Shown here in pieces: positions 1 through 9,942 of a stretch of 64,000 bases of DNA. A program made the position numbers and the translations under genes. Each line of letters begins with the position of its first letter. Position 1 is the stretch's first letter. The stretch is from an uncultured bacterium (GTDB lineage: Bacteria; Verrucomicrobiota; Verrucomicrobiia; Limisphaerales; UBA8199): assembly GCA_963749495.1 (NCBI GenBank), contig CAVVMW010000022.1:288001-352000 (forward strand). Reading direction: 5' to 3'. The notes below the pieces were generated by a model that was not told the origin of the DNA, ran no database searches, and was given only the letters and a program-made list of their open reading frames with translations.

Positions 1-1911
1 CTCCAGCGCCGCGCCATCGGGCTGGCGCAGCCGGCAGCAGAAGCCCCAGTCCCCGGACCGGTTGGTCACCTTGAGGAGGAGTTGGTTCCAGCCTTGCTTG
101 AGCCCGACCTTGACCGCGTCCTGCCGCGGGGCGAGGCCGCGTTCAGTATTGTTCGCATGGACCACGCTCCCATTCAACCAGACCTTGATGCCATCGTCGC
201 TGCCCAACTCCAGCCGCGCCTCATGGTCCGCGGGCGACCACACCCGTGTGCGGGCGTAGGCCGCGATGTCATCGCCGCCGCCCAGAGCGGTGTTCAGGTT
301 CACATCCCAGGTTCCGAGGCCCTTGGTCAGCGGCGTCCATTTCACATCCTTGGCATCCGGTCGCTCGGGGGGAAGCACGACATCAAACAGGGCGTGCGCG
401 TCCTTGTCCTTTTCCCGGAAGGGACCGCAGACGGCCCAGTCGAGGATGTAACCCTCGAATTCCAGGAGGTCGTTCGGGTCCTCGAGCACCCGAGCCAGGT
501 TCAGCATGGCGGCCAAGTTCTCTTTGCCGGCCAGGACGCCCAGGGCCTTGAGCGCCTCACGGCGCACGGCGCCGTCCGCTCCGGCGGCCAACTGGAGCAG
601 TTGGCCCTCGGTCCCGGTGGTCCGTCTGCCGGCCATGGCGCGGATGGCCTCGACCTGCCGCTTGGGCTCCGAGGAACCCAGGACGCGCAGCAGCGCCTCT
701 CGGACATCCCCGCGGCTGACCTGGAGCAAGCCGGTCCGGGCGGCCTGTTGCTCGAGCCCGGCACGCGTGGCGGCGGCCCCAACGAGCATGTCGATCACGG
801 AAGCATCGCCAACAGCCCCCAGGGCTTCGTAAGCCGCCGCGCGGACCGCTTCAGCGGTCCCCGGGTTTTCTGCCACAGCCATCACCGCCGCAGCCGAGGC
901 CGGGTCGTTGCGCGCGGCCAGCGCCCCGAGCAACAATTCCTGCGCTTCGGGCGGCAACGCCGGCAGCAGCTCCGCCAGCGACCGCGTCACGTCCTGCCCG
1001 TCTGCCGTGCGCGAAAAACCGATGGCCGCCCTGCGCAAGGCCGCATCCGGACTCTTGATGGACTCGACTAACGCGGAGAGCGACCGTGTGCCGCCGGCCG
1101 CCACCAGGCCGCGCAGGCCGGCGATGCGCAGGTTCCGGGGCTGCGCCGGCCGATAAAACGATTCATAGATCGGCATGGCCGCCGCCCGCTGTCCCGAGGC
1201 GAGCAAGCGGTCGGCCGCCAACAGGAGGGCCTCATCGATGCGCCGGGCCAGGTCGGCCTGGGCGTTGGCGCGGGCGCTCTGGAGGGCGTTGAGCGCGTCT
1301 GGCCCGCCGATCTTTCCCAGGGCCGTGGCGGCGGCTTGGGCCACGGCCAGGTCAGCCGAGCCGAGGAGCGCCTGCAGGTCCGGCACGGCCCTTTGGGAGC
1401 GCCGGTCTCCCAGTGAGTTGGCCATGCCCGCCTGGAGCTTGCCGGAGGTCTTGGCCATGGCCCGGCGCAGGGCCTCCGCAGCGGCAGGGTCCTCATTGCG
1501 GCCCAGCGCAACGCGGGCAATGTGCGACAGCTCCGGATCGGGCAGCAGCGCCTCCAGGGCCGGCACCGAGCGCGCGGTGCCGATGATGAAAAGCTGGCGG
1601 CAAATGAATTCCTTGGCGTCGCGCGTGGCGGCTCCGCCGAGCACCTCAAGCAGGCGGCCCTCGACCTGGTCGCGCTGGGCGGGGTCGGTGGCGGCCTGAA
1701 CGACAATCTGCTCGACCACGCCCAACGGGGCGGCATCTTTGCCGTACTGGAAGGCAGGGACTGCCTTGAGCGCCTGGTCGAGTTGCTGCAGGGCGTCGGG
1801 CTGGGCGGCAAAGGCACAGCGGGCCAGCAGGGCCAGGCCGCAGAGGGCGGCAAATCGGATGTGTCGGACACGTCGGACAGGTCGGACTGAGCGTGACATA
1901 TCGGTTCTCAT
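1..1911 (-). CDS. Secreted HEAT-repeat protein with C-terminal beta-sandwich (PA14-like) domain; runs off the left edge of the window
   Basis: Manual translation from ATG 1911 (no stop in window, so absent from ORF track): signal peptide, HEAT-like helices (AKEFICRQLFIIGTARSVPALEALL) and motif ELGSDDGIKVWLNG...GWNQLLLKV. Confidence 0.8.
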   Translation of the reverse strand, partial: MRTDMSRSVRPVRRVRHIRFAALCGLALLARCAFAAQPDALQQLDQALKAVPAFQYGKDAAPLGVVEQIVVQAATDPAQRDQVEGRLLEVLGGAATRDAKEFICRQLFIIGTARSVPALEALLPDPELSHIARVALGRNEDPAAAEALRRAMAKTSGKLQAGMANSLGDRRSQRAVPDLQALLGSADLAVAQAAATALGKIGGPDALNALQSARANAQADLARRIDEALLLAADRLLASGQRAAAMPIYESFYRPAQPRNLRIAGLRGLVAAGGTRSLSALVESIKSPDAALRRAAIGFSRTADGQDVTRSLAELLPALPPEAQELLLGALAARNDPASAAAVMAVAENPGTAEAVRAAAYEALGAVGDASVIDMLVGAAATRAGLEQQAARTGLLQVSRGDVREALLRVLGSSEPKRQVEAIRAMAGRRTTGTEGQLLQLAAGADGAVRREALKALGVLAGKENLAAMLNLARVLEDPNDLLEFEGYILDWAVCGPFREKDKDAHALFDVVLPPERPDAKDVKWTPLTKGLGTWDVNLNTALGGGDDIAAYARTRVWSPADHEARLELGSDDGIKVWLNGSVVHANNTERGLAPRQDAVKVGLKQGWNQLLLKVTNRSGDWGFCCRLRQPDGAALE

Positions 1912-1972
1912 AGGAGTTAAGCCAGCGTCCACGGTTCGACGAAAGCAAATGGGCTGCTTGGGCCAACGCTCG

Positions 1973-2924
1973 TCACGCAATGAGCGCGAAGGCCTTGCGC
2001 AGCGCGGCGGCGGCGGCTTCGCAGGCCTCGTCCTTTGGCAGTCTATTGACGGCCTGGTTGAAGGGCTCGGCCCGGACGGGGCCGTCGTAGCCGATTTGGT
2101 TGAGGGCGTTGAGGAAGGCGGCCAGGTCAATGGTGCCGGTGGCGCAAGGCAGTTCGCGGCGGCTGTCCACTTGCTGGTCCTTGGGGATGCCCGCCGGGGC
2201 GTCGTTCAGGTCCACGGCGATCACATCGGCGGGTTTGAGCGAGAGCACGTCCGCCGCGGTGTCGCCGGCGTGCCACCAGTGCCAGCTATCGAGCACGAAG
2301 CCGACGTTGCCGGTGTTGATCTCGGCGATGAGGTCTTTCATCTCGGCCATCGTGTGAATGAAGGGATAGCGCCGGGTGACCCACGAGGTCTTCGGCCCCA
2401 CATATTCCAGCCCGAGCCGCACGGCGTGGTCGCCGAGGACCTTGGCCGCGGCCCGCAACCGGGTTGCGTGCTGGCGGAAATTGGGCAGGTAGGTGAGTTT
2501 GTCGTGGCAGGGCATCAGCCAGGTCCCCGCGCGAGCCACGCCGGCCCGCTCCAAGGCCGCGGCGAAGGCGGGCAAGGCCCTGAGTCCCTGCTCGAATCGC
2601 GTTTCATCCTGGCGAAACTCCAGGGGCAGGCCGGCGGCGCCGAAAACCAGCCCCTTGCTTTTCATTAACGCCTTGAGCTCGCCCAGTTGGTCATCCGAAA
2701 GCGAACCCAAGTAGCCCGCGTTGGCCTCGACGGATTCGAACCCATGGCGGGCCGCCAGGCTCGATGGCCTCCCGCTGGCCGGCCGAAACGCCGAGGTTGC
2801 CGCAGACCAGGTCCATCGTCATCTGGCGTCTCTTGGCCTGGGCCACGGCGCTCAGGAGCGCTCCCGCACTGAGCGAGGTGACTGCGGTGGTGGCGATAAA
2901 TTGTCGTCGATTAAGCGTGTTCAT
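1973..2924 (-). CDS. Tat-exported sugar phosphate isomerase/epimerase (xylose-isomerase-like TIM barrel); +1 frameshift at ~2759
   Basis: MNTLNRRQFI Tat motif in one frame joins LGLEYVGP...LDSWHW...DLND...YDGPVRAEPF in ORF 1973..2710; removing one base gives EAIELAARHGFESVE. Confidence 0.85.
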
Positions 2925-3020
2925 AAGTGGAGCCTGCCCTAAAGGCCTTACAAAAGGCAACCTTTGTCAACACATTTTCGATTTTCAATTTTCATTTCCC
3001 GTACATAGTATCCATATCCC

Positions 3021-3870
3021 GTGCAGAATCTCACCCGCACTTGGCTGGGCATTGACGGCGGCGGCACGCGCACGACGGCGCTGCTGACCGATGCCGCCGG
3101 TCATGAGCTGGGCAGGCTGGAGAGCGGCCCGGCCAACCTGAGGCTCCTGAGCGATGCGCAGCTCAGCCAGCGTTTGCGCGCGATTGCGACACGCTTCCCC
3201 AGGCCCAGCGCGGTGGGCATTGGATTGGCCGGCGCCTGGGCCGAGCCGGACTGGCGACGCATCCGCCAGGCTGCGGGCCGGGCATGGCCAGGCGTGCCCT
3301 GCCTGGCCACGCACGACCTGGAGACGACCCTCGCAGCGGCCGGCCCCGGGCCGAGGGACGAGGGCCGAGGGGCGGAGATCCGTCCCCTCGACCCTCGACC
3401 CCCGACCCTCGGTCCCCCCGACCCAAGTCCTCATCCTCAGCGGCACGGGGTCCTGTTGCTACGGCGCCAACTCTGCCGGACGCACCGCCAAAGTTGGCGG
3501 CTGGGGCCACCTCCTCGGCGACCAGGCCAGCGGCTACGACATCGTTCTGAGTGCCGTGAAGGCCGTGGCCAGCCATTACGACCATACCTCCTCCTGGCCG
3601 GAGCTGGGGCCCGCTTCCTGCGCGCCCTGCAACTCAACCAACCCGATGACCTGATCAACTGGGCCCAGGCCGCAACCAAGGCCGAATTGGCGGCGCTGGC
3701 CCCCGAGGTCTTCGAGGCTTGGCAGGCCGGGGACAAGCTGGCTTCGCCAATCATCACTGCGGCCGCGCGCCGTCTGGCCGGAGACGCCGCCCGGTGCGCG
3801 CGCAAACTGGCCCCGCCTGGCAGCCCGGTCAGGTTTGTTCTGGCCGGAGGCGTCTTGCTCAACCAACCCC
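3021..3870 (+). CDS. BadF/BadG/BcrA/BcrD-family sugar kinase (GlcNAc/MurNAc kinase-like), N-terminal part of a kinase-MurQ fusion; two compensating frameshifts (~3415, ~3610)
   Basis: LGIDGGGTRT, GIGLAGA, ILSGTGS, VGGWGHLLGDQASGY and VLAGGVL motifs spread over two frames. Confidence 0.85.
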
Positions 3871-4306
3871 GTTTGTCTGGGGGGCGCTGGCCGAGGCCAA
3901 GCGACGCCGTGCAACAACCATCCTCGTGTGCTTCAATCCGTACCTGAGAATCCCGCCGGCGCTCCGGCCGGGGATTGTGATTGCGCCGAACCTGGGCCCT
4001 GAATTGCTCACCGGCTCCACCCGCTTGAAGGCGGGCACGGCCACCAAGCTCATCCTCAACCTCTTCACCACGCTGGCGATGGTCCGTCTGGGCAAGGTCC
4101 TGAGCAACTTGATGGTCGAGATGAAGCCATCGAACCGGAAGCTGCACGCCCGCGCCGTCCGCATCGTCCAGGCCCTGACCGCCGCCGCGCCCCCCGCCGC
4201 CCAAGCCGCCCTGGAGCGCAGCGGGTGGAACGTCAGGGAGGCAGTCGTGAGGCTCAGGCGATTCGGCCGGGCCGAAAAGCCGAGTTTAAGGGCTTCGGTC
4301 TTCTAA
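3866..4306 (+). pseudogene. murQ: C-terminal half of N-acetylmuramic acid 6-phosphate etherase; N-terminal half missing
   Basis: TPFVWGAL...GPELLTGSTRLKAGTATKLILNLFTTLAMVRLGKVLSNLMVEMKPSNRKL; no GAGTSGR or DAxECxPTF segment upstream. Confidence 0.8.
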
Positions 4307-4346
4307 ATCGGAACAGCGGACATTGGCACCCTCACGCGGGCTTCCG

Positions 4347-4421
4347 ACCTTTGTCGCAGCCTTTGTCGCGGCCTTTGTCGAATGAGCCGTTTCTCGACAA
4401 AGGCTGCGACAAAGGTTGTGC
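4347..4421. repeat. Palindromic 12-mer array (CCTTTGTCGCAG-like units followed by inverted CGACAAAGG units), copy 1
   Basis: Three TTTGTCG units then two CGACAAAGG units, between convergent murQ and Yip1 ends. Confidence 0.9.
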
Positions 4422-4465
4422 CAATGTTAGGTGGTTCGATTTAGACTGGGCTGCGGATCGGTCGC

Positions 4466-5083
4466 TCACCCCGCCAGGTGGCGGGTCAGGAGCGTCTCGA
4501 GGCTGCCGAATTTGCCCTGGAGATACCAGGCGGTAATGAATCTGAGGATGCCCGTGGACATCAACAGCGTTAGGGCGCTGGCCAGGTAGAGCCCGAAGGC
4601 GTGCGGGGGGTCGGGCTCCAGCATCCGTGGCACTCCCTGGTAGAGGACGGCGATGGAGAGGACGATGCCCAGCGCCCAACTCACCCAGGGTGACGTGCCT
4701 GGAAAGGCATCGAGCAGATGGAACAGGAAGAGGGGGCTCAGCCCGTAGGCCACGGTGGTGAAGGCCTGCCTGTAATTGTGCTGTCCATGAAAGGTCTCGC
4801 ACATGGATTTGACCACCTTGGCGCTGATGAAGACGAGGGCCAGGAACAGGAGGATCTGCGCGACCTCGAAGAGGGTGGCTTCGGTTATGGAATAGTTCTT
4901 GAGGCGCTGCACTTCGCCATGGTACTTGCCCCAATGCACCAGGCCGTAGCCCTCGACAGCGGAAGTGATTCCCAGCAACGGCAACAAAAAGCAGAGCACA
5001 ATGAAGCCCAGGCGACGCTGGGTCTGAAAGATCCGTTCCCAGGTCGGCACTGTGTCAAAAATGAGCAGCAACGCTTTGATCAT
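4466..5083 (-). CDS. Yip1/DUF1282-family membrane protein
   Basis: MIKALLLIFDTVPTWERI start, about 5 TM helices, YRQAFTTVAYGLSP and LYQGVPRML motifs. Confidence 0.8.
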   Translation of the reverse strand: MIKALLLIFDTVPTWERIFQTQRRLGFIVLCFLLPLLGITSAVEGYGLVHWGKYHGEVQRLKNYSITEATLFEVAQILLFLALVFISAKVVKSMCETFHGQHNYRQAFTTVAYGLSPLFLFHLLDAFPGTSPWVSWALGIVLSIAVLYQGVPRMLEPDPPHAFGLYLASALTLLMSTGILRFITAWYLQGKFGSLETLLTRHLAG

Positions 5084-5292
5084 GCGACAGCAGGAAGGGA
5101 GCATCCCAAGCATTGCGCTGGAAGTCAATGCCAGCCTCAACTGAGTCGCTCCGGCCGGTTTTGTCCTGTGTAATCCTGTGTAATCAACACACGGCGCGGC
5201 CCGGCGTTCATTCCAGGAGGGTCGAGGGCGCGTAGCGCAGGCGCACGAGAGAATTCTTCGGGTGCATCATGGAATCGGCGGCGCGTGCTCTG

Positions 5293-5486
5293 GACGCCAA
5301 AGGCGTCGTTCATAGCAGCCCAGGGCAACGCCCTGGGAACAGCCGCCAATAATCATCTGCAGCGCTGAAAGCGCGATTCATCTCCGGCAGCCTTATGAGG
5401 CAGGCCGTTGGCCTGCAACGGAATGAAAACGCCCGGTGTTCCCAGGGCGTTGCCCTGGGCTGATATGAACCAGGCCGTTGGCCTGA
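5293..5486. repeat. REP-doublet-like element (CCAGGGCAACGCCCTGGG family), copy 1
   Basis: Inverted pair of AGCCCAGGGCAACGCCCTGGGAAC hairpins; near-identical copies at 44605, 46485 and a half copy at 53779. Confidence 0.9.
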
Positions 5487-5704
5487 ACGCCAGCGTGCCA
5501 GCTCCAAGCCTGGCATCAGGGGGAGGAGCAACTGGTGTACAGACGAAAGTTCCCGAAATCTCCGCAAATCACAGGGTTTGAAGAATCTCCCCTGCACCCA
5601 CGTAGTGCGGCCCCTCCTCGACACTCGGCACTGGGCACTCGACCCTCGGCACTCGCGCCAGATTCGCATTTACTCCCGGAGCGGCCCGTGGTTAACTGCG
5701 CGGG

Positions 5705-6031
5705 ATGAACGGCGATGTCGGCCTGTGGGATAAACTGACGCGCGTGGCTCTGTTCCTTTTGTTCGTTGCGCTCCTGCTCCTGGTGGCGGTGTGGTATTTG
5801 CCGCTGATTCAGCAAAACGAGCGGCTGCGGCAGACGCTCTACGATTACGACGCCAGGATTCAGCGGGCCTCCGAGGAGGGCAAGCAGCTCAAGGCGGCCT
5901 ATGATGCGTTACGGCACGACCCCAAGGCGGTGGAACGCCTGGCCCGTGAGCGGCTCGGGTATGCCAGGACGGGCGAAACGGTCATTCGCTTCGAAGCGCC
6001 CATTGCCACCAACGCGCCGAGCCGGCCGTAA
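5705..6031 (+). CDS. ftsB: Septum formation initiator (FtsB/DivIC family)
   Basis: N-terminal TM helix, coiled coil and DPKAVERLARERLGYARTGETVIRF signature. Confidence 0.8.
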   Translation: MNGDVGLWDKLTRVALFLLFVALLLLVAVWYLPLIQQNERLRQTLYDYDARIQRASEEGKQLKAAYDALRHDPKAVERLARERLGYARTGETVIRFEAPIATNAPSRP

Positions 6032-6208
6032 GAGCGGCTGGCAAAACCAACCTGGGATCTCCGACCCCAGACCTTTGTCGCCGCCTTTGTCGAGGCAAGG
6101 TCAACCCGACAAAGGTTGCGACAAAGGTCCGGACTCGCGGCGCTCATGGAAACAGGCGCTGCACCCAGCGCCGTGTTGCACCAAACAGTTTAATTTTGCC
6201 AGCCGCTC
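6032..6208. mobile_element. MITE-like element with perfect 15-bp terminal inverted repeats enclosing 12-mer palindromic array copy 2 (6072-6129)
   Basis: GAGCGGCTGGCAAAA (6032-6046) and TTTTGCCAGCCGCTC (6194-6208). Confidence 0.65.
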
Positions 6209-6222
6209 GAAGACAACCCCGC

Positions 6223-6783
6223 TCACACCGTCATGATCTCCTTTTCCTTGACCGCCAGGTGGCCGTCGAGCTTGACGATGTAGTCGTCGGTCAGCTTCTG
6301 CAGTTCTTTCTCGGCCTGTTTGACCTCGTCCTCGGTGATGCCGCTGTCGTGGCCGTGCTTTTTCATCTGGTCCATGGCATCGCGGCGCACGTGCCGAATG
6401 GCCACGCGCCCATCTTCGGCCATCTTGCGGACGATCTTGACGAACTCCTGGCGGCGTTCCTGGCTCAATTCCGGGAAGAAGATGCGGATGACCTTGCCCT
6501 GGATGGAGGGTGTCAGGCCCAGGTTGCTCTTGAGGATGGCCTTTTCGATGTGGTGCAGCGAATTGATGTCCCAGGGTTGAATGGCCAGGGTTCGCGGCTC
6601 CGGGGTCGTGATGCCGGCCACTTCACGAATGCGCATCTGGGCCCCGTAAACCTCCACCAGGATGTTCTCGACCAGGGCGGGCGAGGCCCTGCCGGTGCGG
6701 ACCCCGGCGAATTCATTGATGACCACCTGCTCGGTCTTGCTCATCTTGTCTTCCGCTTCGAGTAGAAAATCGTCCAGTGTCAT
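6223..6783 (-). CDS. frr: Ribosome recycling factor
   Basis: VRTGRASPALVENILVEVYG, IQPWD, PELSQERR, RVAIRHVRRDA, KEKEIMTV. Confidence 0.98.
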   Translation of the reverse strand: MTLDDFLLEAEDKMSKTEQVVINEFAGVRTGRASPALVENILVEVYGAQMRIREVAGITTPEPRTLAIQPWDINSLHHIEKAILKSNLGLTPSIQGKVIRIFFPELSQERRQEFVKIVRKMAEDGRVAIRHVRRDAMDQMKKHGHDSGITEDEVKQAEKELQKLTDDYIVKLDGHLAVKEKEIMTV

Positions 6784-6876
6784 AGGTGTTTGAAACGTAG
6801 CAAAGGCCCGGCAAAGTGTATAGGGGCAAGTTGCCGCGCTTACACGTCTTTTCAATCCATTGGACAGGAGTTTCCC

Positions 6877-6973
6877 GAATGACGAATGACGAATGACGAA
6901 TGACGAATGACAAGAGCGGCCGATCCATGTGCAGTTTCGTCATTCGTCATTCGTCATTCGTCATTCGTCATTC
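6877..6973. repeat. Inverted pair of heptamer arrays (GAATGAC)5 and (GTCATTC)~5
   Basis: Directly visible; the second array contains the stop codon of the SIS gene. Confidence 0.95.
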
Positions 6974-8874
6974 AGTCCTCCGCTGCGCATCCGAATGAAA
7001 AGTGGCATAAGGCCCTACCCCCTCTATCAGGAGGCGCCTCTCCGCCTCTTCATTTCCCAGCCCATTGCGGGCGCGCATCACGGCCATCCCCACCACGGGC
7101 GGGTAGGCCTGGTCGGCCCGCATGCGGGGCTCGACGTATTCGATGACCTCGAACGCCAGGTGGCTGGCCTCCCGGTATCCCAGGCCGGTCAGCTTTTGGA
7201 TGTAGCGGGTGGAGCGGTCGATGAGCTTGAGGTTGCTGGGCACGACCCAGATCATGTAATTGCCCAGGACCCGTCCCAGGCGCACCATCGTGCAGGTGGA
7301 CAGCGCGTTGAGCAGCATCTTGAGCCCCGAGCGCGTCACGCCGTCGAGCAGGAAATCATGGTCCGGGACCGGGACCCACACCGCCCGGCACTGCGGGTCC
7401 CAGGAGGCGGCGAACCGCCTGAGAGGTTCCACCGACGCCGCGCCGCCGAAATAGATGAGCCCCGTGCCTGCGCCCGCTTGCCGCGCCCGCTCCAACTGCT
7501 CCCGGAAGAAACCCCCTCGGCCCAGCAGCAACTCCGCCTCCGCCTCGGCCACGATCGCCACGGCGCTGTCGCCCCTGCCCAGCGGCCGGTGCCCCAGGCC
7601 ATCGAGGCCCACGCGGAACCGCATCAACTCCGCCCGGCTGATGTTGCGCACCACCTCGCAGGTCCGGCCGGCCTTCTCCCGGCCCACCAACTCGAGCACG
7701 GCCGCCTCGCTCCACTCCACACACTGAGGCGGGCGCTTGAGAATCCGTTCCCAGGCCCGGGGCGCGTCGGGGGCTGGCACGAAGAGGAACGACCAGGACT
7801 CGGCCGCCGCGCGGTCATCGAACTTGCGAAACGGCGGAGTGCAATAGGTGGGCGAGCGCTCCGTGGTGTCGGTCAAGGCATCGATCCCGAAGCGGTCCGC
7901 GAAGTAGTTGTTTTTGCGGCCGGAGCGATAAACGGACTCCTCGAGGAGACGGCGCCTGCCAAACCGGCGAGCACGGCGGGCGATTGGAGCGTCGCGTGGA
8001 GCGTCGTGAGCCGCTCCAGGAACTGGCGGGGCACCCCCTCGGCATCCAGGGCGCAGGGCCCCGCCGGGTCCAGTTCTTTCATCAGGCCCCGGGCGGCCAT
8101 CTCCAGGACCGTCAGCAGCACGCACAGTTGGATGGTCGTCGCCTGCATGCGGGTCGAGCCGGTGATGGACATCGGGCCCGTGGTGAGATTGAGCTTCTGG
8201 ATACGCGGCTCCTGGATCACCTCGCGGCTGCGCTCGACGTGCCGGCACAGCACGTCGTCCGGGTTGTTATACACGAAATAGACCCGCGCCCCGGCCTCGA
8301 CTCCCTTCCAGGCAGTGCCGATGACGAACGAGGTCTCGCCCCCCTCGGTGATGGCAAAAACAATGTCGCCGGCCGACACCCCCAGGTCCCCAATCTGCTT
8401 GCGGCCAAAGACGGAGAAGTCCTCGAACCCCTCCACGGACTTGATCAAGGCGAAATCGCCCCCGGCCATGACGCTCAGGGCGCGCTGCTCCAGGTCGAAC
8501 GTCGAGGGTGAACAGACCAGGCCGCGCGCGCGCTGGCGTTGCCAGAAATCCCGCCAGATGGACACCAACTGGATGCTCAGCCGGCCAGTGGAACCGCAAC
8601 CGGTGAAAAACAGCCTCCGGCCATTCTTCAAAGCGTCCGCCACTGCCCCGGCGATGGCTGCCGCGCGGCCCGACTGCGCGAACTCGCTGTAAGTGCGCAC
8701 CACGTCCCCATCCGCCTGGAACAACAAGCTGAGGGCGGCGCTGACATCGCCCCGGGCGGTCTGGCTAAGGTTGGCGGTGACCGGGTGGGAGGATTCGGTT
8801 GTGAGCGCCCCAAGCTGGAATTGATCGCAGATCTTGAGGAATTCTTCGGCCCGTCTCTTGGAGGTCTCGCTCAT
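6968..8874 (-). CDS. Tandem-SIS-domain protein, MurQ/glucokinase-regulatory-protein-like; frameshift at ~7948
   Basis: LTTESSHP, FFTGCGSTGRLS, SVEGFED, GPMSITGSTRMQAT and C-terminal KMLLNALSTCTMVRLGRVLGNYM...SNLKLIDR, split over ORFs 7873..8916 and 6968..8248. Confidence 0.8.
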
Positions 8875-8994
8875 GACAAACTCCGGGAATCTGTGCCTGG
8901 CACCCGGGGGCTGCAATCAAATTCCTCGTTCGTCATTCGTCATTCGTCATTTCCTCTCCTTGTCAACACGCGGTGGATCAGCTAAGCAAGCGGT

Positions 8995-9825
8995 GTGAGT
9001 ACGCCGGTTTCAGCCGACCAGGAGATTCGGGAGATGCCGCGACAGCGCCTGCGCTGGTGGATTCACCTGGTGTTGATTGGGGCCTTTCCGCTGGCGGTCG
9101 GGTTAGCAGGCTGGCAGCGGGCGCGGTCCCACTTTCCGGCGCTGAGCCACAACGCGCCGGGCCTGTTGAGGGTGTGCTTCTTCGAGTTGGCGATTTTCGG
9201 GGTGGTGTTTGGCCTGGCGTGGCTGGCTTCGCGCGCCTCGCGCCAGGACCTGCTGTTGCCGTGGCGCGGGGGTTTTTGGGCGCTCCCGTTGAGCATCGCC
9301 TACTCGGTGGCATTGCGCCTGGCGGTGGCGTTTGCCGCGGCGGTCGTGGGGACGGCCCTGATCCTGAGCCGGCTGATCTCCCTGGAGGGCCTGCGGCAAT
9401 TCCTGTTCGCCAATCGGCCCGACATCGAGGCCCTCATCAACATCCCGGCGTTGCGCCACGACCCGCTCTACTTCTGGCTCATGATGACGCTGGTCAGCTT
9501 CATTGTGGCGGGGTTTCGCGAAGAGCTTTGGCGGTGCAGTTTCCTGGCCGGGATGCGGGCGCTCTGGCCGCAGAACTTTGGAACGCAGGTCGGCCAACTC
9601 GGGGCGGTCGCCATCGGCGCGGTCATTTTCGGCCTCGGCCACCTCGCCATGGGCCCACTGGCCGTTCTTCCCACAACCCTGCTCGGCTTCGGCTTGGGCG
9701 CCATCCTGGTCCTCCATCGTTCGATCTGGCCGGCCGTGCTGGCGCACGGGTTCTTCGACGCAACCACGTTTCTGCTCATCGTGCTCTTCCCGAGGCTGAT
9801 CGAGCAGGCAGAGCAGTTGCAGTAA
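8995..9825 (+). CDS. CPBP (CAAX/Abi) family intramembrane metalloprotease
   Basis: Multiple TM helices with FREELWR, FGLGH and AHGFFD motifs. Confidence 0.9.
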   Translation: MSTPVSADQEIREMPRQRLRWWIHLVLIGAFPLAVGLAGWQRARSHFPALSHNAPGLLRVCFFELAIFGVVFGLAWLASRASRQDLLLPWRGGFWALPLSIAYSVALRLAVAFAAAVVGTALILSRLISLEGLRQFLFANRPDIEALINIPALRHDPLYFWLMMTLVSFIVAGFREELWRCSFLAGMRALWPQNFGTQVGQLGAVAIGAVIFGLGHLAMGPLAVLPTTLLGFGLGAILVLHRSIWPAVLAHGFFDATTFLLIVLFPRLIEQAEQLQ

Positions 9826-9850
9826 ACCGGAGCTCCCAAGATGGGCGCAT

Positions 9851-9935
9851 CCTTTGTCGTCTCCTTTGTCGCAGCCTTTGTCGAAGACGACCCATTCGAC
9901 AAAGGTCGCGACAAAGGTTGCGACAAAGGTTGTGC
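9851..9935. repeat. Palindromic 12-mer array, copy 3
   Basis: Three CCTTTGTCG units then three CGACAAAGG units, between convergent genes. Confidence 0.9.
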
Positions 9936-9942
9936 CAACGAT

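Noticed and set aside
82..1871. Long ORFs in the track such as 82..1071(+) and 1068..1871(-), and many antisense ORFs across the window
   Set aside because: Shadow or off-frame ORFs typical of high-GC DNA; the real gene is the stop-less minus-strand frame 1..1911.
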